This document shows positions 9,536 to 17,356 of a stretch of 64,000 nt of DNA, piece after piece (position 1 is the stretch's first letter; each line of letters opens with the position of its first letter). Under the pieces are notes generated by a model. It was not told where the DNA came from, searched no databases, and worked only from the letters and a program-made list of their open reading frames with translations. The position numbers were made by a program, and so were the translations under genes. This DNA is from a virus (taxonomy: Duplodnaviria > Caudoviricetes). Location: positions 451-64,450 of the IMG/VR virus record IMGVR_UViG_3300032050_000120. One strand, given 5' to 3'.

Positions 9536-9756
9536 AACCATTAACCAAACAGCAACTGGAATCCTTCGAGTGTCTGTATCTGCGCTTGGAGCCTGAGAAC
9601 CTAACCTGTGATGGTGAAGCATCACGCACCGAGGTGATGCACCGTGAACGCCAGATCAAGCGTGAATGGAAAGCCCTGGAAGCCCAGGTTGGTTATAAGG
9701 TTCCTTATGATCAGATCGAGCAGTTGATCTGTGATCATTGGCGAAAACGGGCGTGA
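9532..9756 (+). CDS. conserved phage hypothetical protein
   Basis: LEPENLTCDGE motif. Confidence 0.6.
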   Translation: MKPLTKQQLESFECLYLRLEPENLTCDGEASRTEVMHRERQIKREWKALEAQVGYKVPYDQIEQLICDHWRKRA

Positions 9757-9757
9757 A

Positions 9758-9797
9758 AAAAAGCTAGAAAATTTCGCTCGAAAAAGCTAGAAAATTT
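9758..9797. repeat. 17-bp direct repeat AAAAAGCTAGAAAATTT x2
   Basis: copies at 9758-9774 and 9781-9797. Confidence 0.85.
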
Positions 9798-9803
9798 TGG
9801 TAC

Positions 9804-9832
9804 AAAAAAAGCCCCGTTGATCGGGGCTTTTT
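9804..9832. terminator. bidirectional intrinsic terminator
   Basis: AAAAAAAGCCCCG-TTGAT-CGGGGCTTTTT between convergent genes. Confidence 0.8.
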
Positions 9833-9851
9833 CGAGTGAAGCATAACGGGG

Positions 9852-10085
9852 TTAGTACCCCGTCATGTCCTTCAGTTCCTTCTTGATACGCCTAGCGACT
9901 GCCCCTCGCCATGTGCCAGCGTTGGCGAGGAAGTACATGACCACCGATTTGGCGGAATCATCGTAGTAGTTTTCACGGATACTGCCGAGGGTAGCCATCG
10001 CCTGAAGATACGGGACGGCAGCGTAGTTGGGCTTTTTCCAGTCGGAACGGATTTCGCTTGCAATGACAAAGATCGGACGGCTCAT
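9852..10085 (-). CDS. conserved phage hypothetical protein
   Basis: IASEIRSDWKK...AVPYLQAM...YFLANAGTWRG. Confidence 0.7.
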   Translation of the reverse strand: MSRPIFVIASEIRSDWKKPNYAAVPYLQAMATLGSIRENYYDDSAKSVVMYFLANAGTWRGAVARRIKKELKDMTGY

Positions 10086-10125
10086 GTGTGTTCTCCCAAA
10101 CAGTTAATGTGGATACAGCAAGGAC

Positions 10126-10177
10126 AGCTTACAACGAAAAGACCCACCCCGTCAACAGGGTGGGTCATGATTGGTTC
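10126..10177 (-). promoter_or_regulatory. terminator/promoter cassette, -35 TTGACG in hairpin loop
   Basis: minus strand GAAC-N7-GACC-N7-TTGACG; stem GACCCACCC/GGGTGGGTC+TTTT; TAAGCT. Confidence 0.7.
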
Positions 10178-10188
10178 AGGTTGGGCGG

Positions 10189-10497
10189 TCACCCGTATAC
10201 GCAATGGGCGTGACCGTCTTCGTGGGCTTCCGCGATACCATCGCGCCATGACGCTGGGGCGCGATTCGCATACTGGCGAGGGGTCAACCGATGGACATAG
10301 GTCGCGCCCTCTGCCGAGTCGTACAGATAGTTTTCGAAGGCATCGAAGGCGGTGGCGTTCATCATGCGAGTGTAGGTGCGCGTACAGTGGTCGCAGTCAG
10401 TCGTACTGACATAGATGAAGATTTTGCCGTTCAAGGGAGCTAAGGAGTCCATGACGGACTCCTCAGCACGAGCATTGATGATCTGGTGGATGTTCAT
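10189..10497 (-). CDS. hypothetical protein
   Basis: ORF coupled to 10494-10709. Confidence 0.6.
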   Translation of the reverse strand: MNIHQIINARAEESVMDSLAPLNGKIFIYVSTTDCDHCTRTYTRMMNATAFDAFENYLYDSAEGATYVHRLTPRQYANRAPASWRDGIAEAHEDGHAHCVYG

Positions 10498-10709
10498 GCT
10501 TCACCCCGATTCAGTTTGGCGATCGCGTAGTCGAGGTGGGCAAGCACCTCAATGTCCTTCAGGGTGCGCTTCAGACCCAGCTCATCCTTCACGATGGCGG
10601 TGGCACTACGACCCCTACGGGTCATGCCCAACACTTCCATTTTGACTGCGCCACGCAGAACGGCGAGGCGGTAAATTTCGATAGCGGTTTGGTCATTCAA
10701 TACGGTCAT
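10494..10709 (-). CDS. conserved phage hypothetical protein
   Basis: LRGAVKMEVLGMTRRGRSATAIVKDELGLK. Confidence 0.65.
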   Translation of the reverse strand: MTVLNDQTAIEIYRLAVLRGAVKMEVLGMTRRGRSATAIVKDELGLKRTLKDIEVLAHLDYAIAKLNRGEA

Positions 10710-10882
10710 GGTTTATCTCCCAATGTGGCTTGGCGGATGTGCCTCACCTATGACCAGTATAGCCACCAATCTTGAACATTGTCTGAACGACTTTTAGACC
10801 CTATTGCTTTTGTCCGAGATAGGACTATACTGTTCACAGGTCAAGGCAATTCCGCCTGACCACATTGGGAGATAAACCATGA
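10706..10882. repeat. 23-bp perfect inverted repeat forming the leaders of divergent genes
   Basis: CCACATTGGGAGATAAACCATGA at 10860-10882 (+) and 10706-10728 (-). Confidence 0.9.
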
Positions 10883-11400
10883 ACAATCAATCCGCTTTCA
10901 TCGCAGACGCAACCGCCTTCACAGGTATCGGCACTTACGCTTCTATGACTCTGACCACCAATCCGAAACTGTTGGTCAAGAATCGCACCACCAAAGAACC
11001 GCGCCCTTTCATGTCGTTGACCAAGGTTCAAAAATTCGTGAATGCTTTACTTGGCGCGGAGTACGAAGCGCGTGTCCTGAAACAGCGTGAGCGTGAGAAT
11101 GTCGAAGGCGAGTTCACCGCCGAAAAAGCATCAGGTCGCACTCGCATCAACAGCCTGTTGTCGCACAAAGACGACAACCCCGAACAGCTTTACCTGTCGG
11201 TTTACATCGACAAAGCCACCTTTAAGCACACCACCTACCACGATGAAAACGGCAACCAGTACACCTACGAACAGGTGCAGGATTTCCTGCCACCGCCGAA
11301 GCGCGGAAACGACAAGCAAGGACTGGAACACGAGATTAAAGTCATTGCCCCGAAGCTTGAGAGCATCACAGAGATTACCACCTTCGGGAACACCTACTAA
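10879..11400 (+). CDS. hypothetical early protein
   Basis: 173 aa ORF with RBS, followed by a terminator. Confidence 0.7.
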   Translation: MNNQSAFIADATAFTGIGTYASMTLTTNPKLLVKNRTTKEPRPFMSLTKVQKFVNALLGAEYEARVLKQRERENVEGEFTAEKASGRTRINSLLSHKDDNPEQLYLSVYIDKATFKHTTYHDENGNQYTYEQVQDFLPPPKRGNDKQGLEHEIKVIAPKLESITEITTFGNTY

Positions 11401-11419
11401 GCCACCAAACCGAGCCACC

Positions 11420-11447
11420 AAGCCCCGCGCCAAGCGGGGCTTTTTTT
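11420..11447 (+). terminator. intrinsic terminator
   Basis: AAGCCCCGC-GCCAA-GCGGGGCTTTTTTT. Confidence 0.85.
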
Positions 11448-11479
11448 ATGCGACTTTATGCAACAAATATGCCAGGCGA

Positions 11480-11825
11480 TTTCGGCAGCACTACCCAATC
11501 CACCAGACCGCACAGAACAGCCCACACGCCCACGAACCCCGACCCTGTACCCACCCACCACCCCAACCCTGATATGCCCACACGCGCCCACACAGTGCCA
11601 CTACGGGGCATATGACACCCCCCCATTGGGGCTGTGCCGAGAGGGGGGGTAGGGGGAAAATTCAGGTACTGTTCAGGTTGGGGGGTGGGGGCATAGCCAA
11701 ATCGGGTGGTGTGACACTTAGAAACTTTTTTGGATCCCCACCCCACCAAAATTTTTTTGGGCAAAAAAACACCCCCACAGAATGAAACCCAACGCCCTCA
11801 AAAATTTTTTTTGGGCAAAAATCTC
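11480..11825. other. non-coding C-tract/G-tract/A-tract block at a strand switch
   Basis: C-rich then G-rich runs; AAAATTTTTTT(T)GGGCAAAAA twice; no credible ORF. Confidence 0.6.
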
Positions 11826-11835
11826 GTCCCAGGAA

Positions 11836-12120
11836 TCACCTATTCTTCTTATGAATCGCACCGATCTTGAACAGGGTCGCCCGATCTGGGTTCAGCGCAA
11901 TATAATGACGAGACAACCAGGGCGTGTGGTTATTACTGATCTTCCAAGCACCGTTACGTTCATACAAAGGGGTTTCGTGTCTGATATACTCGACAATCGC
12001 CTTACTCGAATATTGTCTCAGACCACGGTCCCACGCCCTGTTCGCTTCGTCTTCGAAACGTTTCCATAAATGGGGGTTTTCTTCCAGAAACACCTGAAAG
12101 ACTTCGGGGTAATTATTCAT
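11836..12120 (-). CDS. conserved phage hypothetical protein
   Basis: NPHLWKRF...YSSKAIVEYIRH...KISNNHTPW; AGGAG RBS. Confidence 0.7.
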   Translation of the reverse strand: MNNYPEVFQVFLEENPHLWKRFEDEANRAWDRGLRQYSSKAIVEYIRHETPLYERNGAWKISNNHTPWLSRHYIALNPDRATLFKIGAIHKKNR

Positions 12121-12163
12121 ATCATTTCTCCTTGATCAGCAGCTTGTTTAGTTTTGATGTTCA

Positions 12164-12346
12164 TCACTTCTTTCCTCTGTATTCCCAATATTCACTCTCT
12201 GAACCCAACAGGTTCCCCTTTCGCCACACACTCTCAAGCCAGCGACAACTCCCGTCTTCTACGACCACGGGATACCAGGCGAACCAGGTATGCCAGACTT
12301 TCAAGATTTTTTGTTTTTGCTCGTTTGTTCCGCAATAGAATCTCAT
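12164..12346 (-). CDS. hypothetical protein
   Basis: WHTWFAWYPV...WLE motif common in small phage proteins. Confidence 0.6.
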   Translation of the reverse strand: MRFYCGTNEQKQKILKVWHTWFAWYPVVVEDGSCRWLESVWRKGNLLGSESEYWEYRGKK

Positions 12347-12349
12347 CGA

Positions 12350-12532
12350 TCACTCGTCCCGATACACTTCATCGTTCATCTGGGGTGTGCGTATATTCGG
12401 TTGGTTTATCTTACTCAACAAAACATCACGTTCTGCAAGAAGCTGTTTGATGATCTCAAAGGCTTCTTCTTCGCTTTCGGTATACCGTGTATTGTAGCCC
12501 CAAATTATTGCTCTTTCTTTAATGTTCATCAA
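12350..12532 (-). CDS. hypothetical protein
   Basis: small ORF in minus-strand operon. Confidence 0.5.
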   Translation of the reverse strand: MMNIKERAIIWGYNTRYTESEEEAFEIIKQLLAERDVLLSKINQPNIRTPQMNDEVYRDE

Positions 12533-12689
12533 GTCACCTCGAATTGTTGGTAGGAGTGGTAGTTACAAAGAAGCCCTTCATGCCATGACTGGACCCAGGC
12601 ATCTGCTTTTTCTTCAGTATCGACAACCGCGACCACATCCTTCCTGAAAGAGACATAATCATCATAAACCCTGAAGCAAATATAAACTG

Positions 12690-13097
12690 TCATTTTTTGG
12701 TCACCTTGTATCCATTTTTCTCAAGATATGAAATGGTTTGTTGGATATCTTCTGCAATTGCCATTTCTTTTTGTTCCGTATCAAAACGCTTCTGCTCTTT
12801 CTCACACTTGGTGACCCAGGGCTTCAATGCTTTTTGAAAGATTTCAACATCTGCTGCTTCGCTAATCGCTTCTTCCAGATCAATACGACCACTCTCCAGG
12901 TTGAATTTGATATCTTTAGTGAACTTCTTCATGAATGCCTGGTTGTTGAGCAGTTCAGTAATCAGAACATCCGCTGAGGGAACCCCAACCGCATCCAGAA
13001 CCTCACAATCGAAGTCCTCATAAAGACACCATTCAAGACCATGACGAATACCGTCTTTTAAAAGTTTATTTGCAATGTCAATTTCAATTTTCATCAT
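12690..13097 (-). CDS. hypothetical protein
   Basis: probable start MMKIEID after AGGTGG. Confidence 0.6.
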   Translation of the reverse strand: MMKIEIDIANKLLKDGIRHGLEWCLYEDFDCEVLDAVGVPSADVLITELLNNQAFMKKFTKDIKFNLESGRIDLEEAISEAADVEIFQKALKPWVTKCEKEQKRFDTEQKEMAIAEDIQQTISYLEKNGYKVTKK

Positions 13098-13320
13098 CGT
13101 TATCCACCTTTTCTCGTTTTTCTCGTGCTCTTTTGATCCAAAAATCTGCTGTCGATAGGCTTCCATCGATCACAGACTTCGAAACATCCAAATCAAACTC
13201 TGCCTGAAGTAAGGTTTCATGCAGCCCAATAAAAAAGTTACGCTGATCATCATCCAGGTTTTCGATATGTTTGTCAAATGCCCGACTTCTGACACAAACC
13301 CTACAGTCACACTGCTTCAT
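13084..13320 (-). CDS. hypothetical protein
   Basis: GGAG RBS; sigma70 promoter TTGACA-N17-TATATT upstream on minus strand. Confidence 0.6.
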   Translation of the reverse strand: MKQCDCRVCVRSRAFDKHIENLDDDQRNFFIGLHETLLQAEFDLDVSKSVIDGSLSTADFWIKRAREKREKVDNDDEN

Positions 13321-13387
13321 AAGCCATTCTCCGTGTACTAAATAGCAATATAACCCAAATAACGGCTTATGTCAAGCCCCAAAAACC

Positions 13388-13394
13388 CTAAATA
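13388..13394 (+). promoter_or_regulatory. T4-like late promoter (CTAAATA variant)
   Basis: CTAAATA upstream of the + strand operon 13418-16663; the same motif recurs before other late genes. Confidence 0.55.
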
Positions 13395-13417
13395 GTACAC
13401 ACCCCTGGAGAAACCCC

Positions 13418-14083
13418 ATGAATGACTTTATTAAAAACCTTGTTAACTATGTGATCGAAGCCAAAATTACGAACTACCGTGGCGATCAGAGCGCAGAAAC
13501 CTACCGTTTGTCCCGAATCAACCGTGAAATAAGCCCATCGGATGCCCCAGCCGACAAAGGCTCGAAATTCGCCAAAATCAATGCCGATTATAAAGAAGAA
13601 AAACGCCTAGAACGCGCCCCTCGCGGTCCACAGACCCGTAAAAAGCCAATGGAAGAAGGCACAAAGTATGCAATTAGAGTACCAGCACAAGTAAAAGAAC
13701 CTGTACGTGACACATCATCAGGTCAAGTAAAGTATGGTATTAAAGTACCAGCGAAACCTCAAGAAGAACCTGTACGTGACACATCATCAGGTCAAGTAAA
13801 GTATGGTATTAAAGTACCAGCGAAACCTCAAGAAGAACCTAAAAAACCAGAACCCAGAAGAGGTTATTTGGTTCGTAAGCCAGTGGAAGAAGGCGCACAG
13901 GTTCCAAAGGGTGCAGTCACTGGTCCAGTACGTCAACCAACCATTATTCAGAAGCAACAAACCGCAAACCCGTCTTCATCTGGTTCAACACTCCCACTTG
14001 GTAAGAAAAAGGTAGGAGATCCAGCAAGCAGAGCAGACTGGGCTGCTCGTAAAGCTGCAATGGACAAGGCGATTGACGGCTAA
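13418..14083 (+). CDS. putative internal head protein/polyprotein with 23-aa repeats
   Basis: N-terminus ...NYVIEA; internal PMEE/PVEE; Lys/Pro-rich; late promoter. Confidence 0.6.
   Translation: MNDFIKNLVNYVIEAKITNYRGDQSAETYRLSRINREISPSDAPADKGSKFAKINADYKEEKRLERAPRGPQTRKKPMEEGTKYAIRVPAQVKEPVRDTSSGQVKYGIKVPAKPQEEPVRDTSSGQVKYGIKVPAKPQEEPKKPEPRRGYLVRKPVEEGAQVPKGAVTGPVRQPTIIQKQQTANPSSSGSTLPLGKKKVGDPASRADWAARKAAMDKAIDG
13695..13840 (+). repeat. 69-bp in-frame tandem repeat (EPVRDTSSGQVKYGIKVPAKPQE)
   Basis: units start at 13697 and 13766, with a partial unit at 13835. Confidence 0.9.
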
Positions 14084-14092
14084 GGAATAGAC

Positions 14093-15301
14093 ATGGCAAA
14101 AATAACCACTATCAAGAAAGCTGCTAAGAAAAAGAAAATGTCCAAACAGGACGAAAAGCAGATCAAAGACCACGAAGAGCGTGAAAAAGCAGAGAAAGGC
14201 TATGACGATGATGCTATTCGCTATGGTATGAAAGAATCAGCATCGTTTGACCACGAAAAATATGACAAAAATATTTTAGATAAAGTAAAAAGCCCAAATG
14301 CTAGTCTAACAGATCTGATGAGTGGTGTAAAAAATTCAAGACCAGGAATAGCATTAGCTGCTCTAAAACATAAAAACGGAAAACAAGAACCGACTAACAT
14401 GCCGCATTACTCTGAATATGAAGGTTCTATTGCCGATGTAGCAGCAAAACATGAAGATCCTGAAGTAGCAATTGCAGCATTAAAACATCCAGTTGCTAAT
14501 GAATTTACAGCATTAATCGCTGCACACCATAAAAATCCAACAGTTGTAATGTCAGCTGTAAAAAGTAAACACGCTAGTGAAGATGTTTTACACACAGCTA
14601 TAGATAGACATAAATCAAATAACTCTTATTCTAGTAATTATATCGTAAAATCAGCAATTGCGAAATTAAAAAATATTAAAAATAAAGAAGATGTTTTTGA
14701 ACAGTCTGTCTATGACGCTAAACCAAAGCAAAAAACAGAAGTTAAAGTAACCAGAATCACAGATGGTAAAAATACAAACTACGTATATGCAATGCGCGGT
14801 AGACGATTAGGCGATAGCACTCCAGCACACCGTGAGTTTGCTCGTATTCGTATTGGTGATACAGAACTGAAGAAGAAAGAAAACCCTGGTCTGAAAGAAG
14901 AAAAAGAAATAACTTCTAAGGTAGTAAAGGGTGTTGTGCATATCAACGACAAACCACTTAATCATTCTTCCGTTGAAGTTGATGGTGTTGATAAGAGAGA
15001 CTATCCAGATTTTGCAGATGCCTACACATCCCGTGCAGAGTTCAAAGATGGATCTGAGCTTTCTCACGAAGAACTCGAACACCTGGACATGAACCACCCA
15101 GAAGTGGCTCATGAAGCAGCACACGAGTCTATTCGTGGTGGTTATACAAAATTAAGAGAGAATATCATCCAGGTCATGGAAGCCAAGAAAGCATCAGGCA
15201 CACCAAAAGAGAAAAGCAATCCTTGCTGGACTGGATACACTCAATACGGTATGAAGATGAAGAAAGGCAGAAGCGTACCAAACTGCGTTAAAGACAAGTA
15301 A
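14093..15301 (+). CDS. putative multi-module internal head polyprotein
   Basis: modules bounded by MKES, VFEQ, LKEE, LREN, VMEA; C-terminal CWTGY...GMKMKKGRSVPNCV motif. Confidence 0.6.
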   Translation: MAKITTIKKAAKKKKMSKQDEKQIKDHEEREKAEKGYDDDAIRYGMKESASFDHEKYDKNILDKVKSPNASLTDLMSGVKNSRPGIALAALKHKNGKQEPTNMPHYSEYEGSIADVAAKHEDPEVAIAALKHPVANEFTALIAAHHKNPTVVMSAVKSKHASEDVLHTAIDRHKSNNSYSSNYIVKSAIAKLKNIKNKEDVFEQSVYDAKPKQKTEVKVTRITDGKNTNYVYAMRGRRLGDSTPAHREFARIRIGDTELKKKENPGLKEEKEITSKVVKGVVHINDKPLNHSSVEVDGVDKRDYPDFADAYTSRAEFKDGSELSHEELEHLDMNHPEVAHEAAHESIRGGYTKLRENIIQVMEAKKASGTPKEKSNPCWTGYTQYGMKMKKGRSVPNCVKDK

Positions 15302-15315
15302 AACACACTTTTATT

Positions 15316-15945
15316 ATGTACACAATTTATCTGATAGAAAATAGAGTTGATAGAACAAAGACGCTTGTTATTTCTGACAAGCGTTTTTCTTCGTTTGTGG
15401 CTGATATCGAGGATCGAAAGACAAAGAACATTGAAGAGCTTCAGTCCTCACCAGATCTGGCGTATTTGCAGAGTAGACTGCCATATTATCTGAAAACCTA
15501 CAAGATAGATCAAACTGCAATCAAAAACCCGCACCACATAAGAATAACCTCAGAGGATCGCAGAAGGCTTCGAATTAAGATAAAAAGAAAGCCTTTATCC
15601 GAAGAATCAAGGAAAAGATATTCGGAAGTCAAGCTTGGTGAAAAGAACCCGTTTTACGGTAAAAAACACTCTGCCAGAGCAAGAGCCATAAACAGCATGA
15701 AGCGTAGGCAGAGAATTGCGCAGCCACACGCCATGCCACACAGACAAGAGTCGAAAGATAAATACAGAGAAAGCAGAAAAAACTGGAAGCCAAACACGGG
15801 CAAGAAGTGGGCATATGACCCCTACACCCTGGAAGAGAAGTTTACAGATGCAAAAAATCCATTGCCACCTGGATGGGTTTACGGAAGATCTCCAGCTTTT
15901 GGCGATTTAATGGTTGAAGCAAACGCAAAAAGGAAAAAAAGATGA
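15316..15945 (+). CDS. NUMOD3-containing, degenerate GIY-YIG homing-endonuclease-like protein
   Basis: YTIYLIEN N-terminus; GEKNPFYGKKHS NUMOD3 motif; GWVYGR C-terminus. Confidence 0.65.
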   Translation: MYTIYLIENRVDRTKTLVISDKRFSSFVADIEDRKTKNIEELQSSPDLAYLQSRLPYYLKTYKIDQTAIKNPHHIRITSEDRRRLRIKIKRKPLSEESRKRYSEVKLGEKNPFYGKKHSARARAINSMKRRQRIAQPHAMPHRQESKDKYRESRKNWKPNTGKKWAYDPYTLEEKFTDAKNPLPPGWVYGRSPAFGDLMVEANAKRKKR

Positions 15946-16340
15946 AAACATTTAAAGAATTTTTTGTTGAATCAGTTGGTGGTAAATTAATCGGCAAAGT
16001 CGGTGATTATAATATCCATCATGATAAAGATAAAGAAACATACCATGTGCAAAATACAAAAAATCCAGAAACATCATTTCGTGTGACACATGACGATTTT
16101 GATACAGATCGTGTTGAAATGCCAAGACGTGGTTCTGGTGATACGTTGACCGATGAAGTTAAACATTCTATGTACAAGCATGTTCACAATCAAGTTAAAG
16201 ATTATATTTCAAATAAAATTGATTCTAGTTCGGTTGCTGAAAAGATCAATAGACACCTAGAGCCAGTTATCGCTGATCATGCTGATGCTATAGCCGATCA
16301 ATATGATTATGAAGATACTCTGAGAAGACTACCACGATGA
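15942..16340 (+). CDS. putative capsid-targeted internal protein
   Basis: MKTFKEFFVE N-terminus resembling the T4 IP capsid-targeting sequence. Confidence 0.65.
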   Translation: MKTFKEFFVESVGGKLIGKVGDYNIHHDKDKETYHVQNTKNPETSFRVTHDDFDTDRVEMPRRGSGDTLTDEVKHSMYKHVHNQVKDYISNKIDSSSVAEKINRHLEPVIADHADAIADQYDYEDTLRRLPR

Positions 16341-16663
16341 TAACATTCAAACAATATCTAGAAGAATCCGATAGACAAGAAACTATCGACAAGCTAAAAG
16401 CACACCTGGATAGTGGTGCAACAGCACACATCACATTCCAGAAGGCAGATGGTTCAGAAACAACCCGTCATGCCACATTGAATCCAGAGCACATCAACCA
16501 GGGTGGTGGTGACGGTAGAAAGACCGAAACAACACGACCTTCGTCAAAGACCTCAATGTCGTTCTACAGTATCGATGATAACGGCTGGAGAGCGTTTAAC
16601 CATGATCGACTGGTCAACTGGAGACCACATCTTGGTGCAGTAAGACATAAACCAAAAGATTAA
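16337..16663 (+). CDS. WYL_2/Sm-like SH3 protein with capsid-targeting-like N-terminus
   Basis: MITFKQYLEE; ITFQKADGS.TTRHATL...DDNGWRAF. Confidence 0.7.
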   Translation: MITFKQYLEESDRQETIDKLKAHLDSGATAHITFQKADGSETTRHATLNPEHINQGGGDGRKTETTRPSSKTSMSFYSIDDNGWRAFNHDRLVNWRPHLGAVRHKPKD

Positions 16664-17355
16664 GCGAACCTAAACCCTTCGTAGCCCAGGATGATCTTCT
16701 TGATCTGATTGGGCTTTATTTTTGTGTAAATGGTGTCTTCTGGAAACCCCTTATATGGTTCGCCATTTACGTAATAACCTGATAGCGGTTTGATCTCACC
16801 ATCAACTTCTTTCATGGTGCAGCCGTACATGAAGGTTCCGTCTTCTTTGTAGACGTTTGCTAGGAACTCTCCATCACTGTATGGCTTACAACCAGTTTCA
16901 TAAAGGTACTTGACATAAAGACCACGCTCTCTGCCGTGGGCTTCTATCTCCCAGGGAAGCTCGTGATAGTTTCCGTCAATGTTATCCATGACTGACACAT
17001 CGAACTTATTGGTTCGTTTCCAGACCATCGTGTTGTTTCGCATGTTCTGACGCAGCTCACCTTTGGCATACTGCTTGACATGAACCATTTCGTGGGTCAG
17101 ACATTCGATGAATGGTAGGAGATTTAGATTCGAGTCGATGGTTATGGTGAACTCACGAGGTGGCGTGTTTCCATCAGGAAACTCCCAGTCGGTAAAACCA
17201 TCGGTTAGCTGCTCGTGTAGGGTAGGGTCAAATACAAATTTAACCTCAACCAGGTCAGTTAGTTTTGGTCCGAGAAGGTAATTGCCGAGCCACTTACCAT
17301 ACTGACGGATAACCTTCTTTTGGAGCTTAGACCCGCCCTTGATCTTGATAAACAT
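16660..17355 (-). CDS. zincin-type metallopeptidase-like protein
   Basis: LTHEMVHVKQ and PWEIEA motifs. Confidence 0.75.
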   Translation of the reverse strand: MFIKIKGGSKLQKKVIRQYGKWLGNYLLGPKLTDLVEVKFVFDPTLHEQLTDGFTDWEFPDGNTPPREFTITIDSNLNLLPFIECLTHEMVHVKQYAKGELRQNMRNNTMVWKRTNKFDVSVMDNIDGNYHELPWEIEAHGRERGLYVKYLYETGCKPYSDGEFLANVYKEDGTFMYGCTMKEVDGEIKPLSGYYVNGEPYKGFPEDTIYTKIKPNQIKKIILGYEGFRFA

Positions 17356-17356
17356 A

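Noticed and set aside
11397-11764. Pro/Gly-rich ORFs in the C/G-tract block
   Set aside because: Low-complexity translations without an RBS; the region is better explained as non-coding.
13695-13840. 69-bp duplication as a possible DGR template/variable repeat or CRISPR
   Set aside because: It is an exact in-frame tandem duplication with no adenine-specific variation, and no reverse transcriptase is present in the window.
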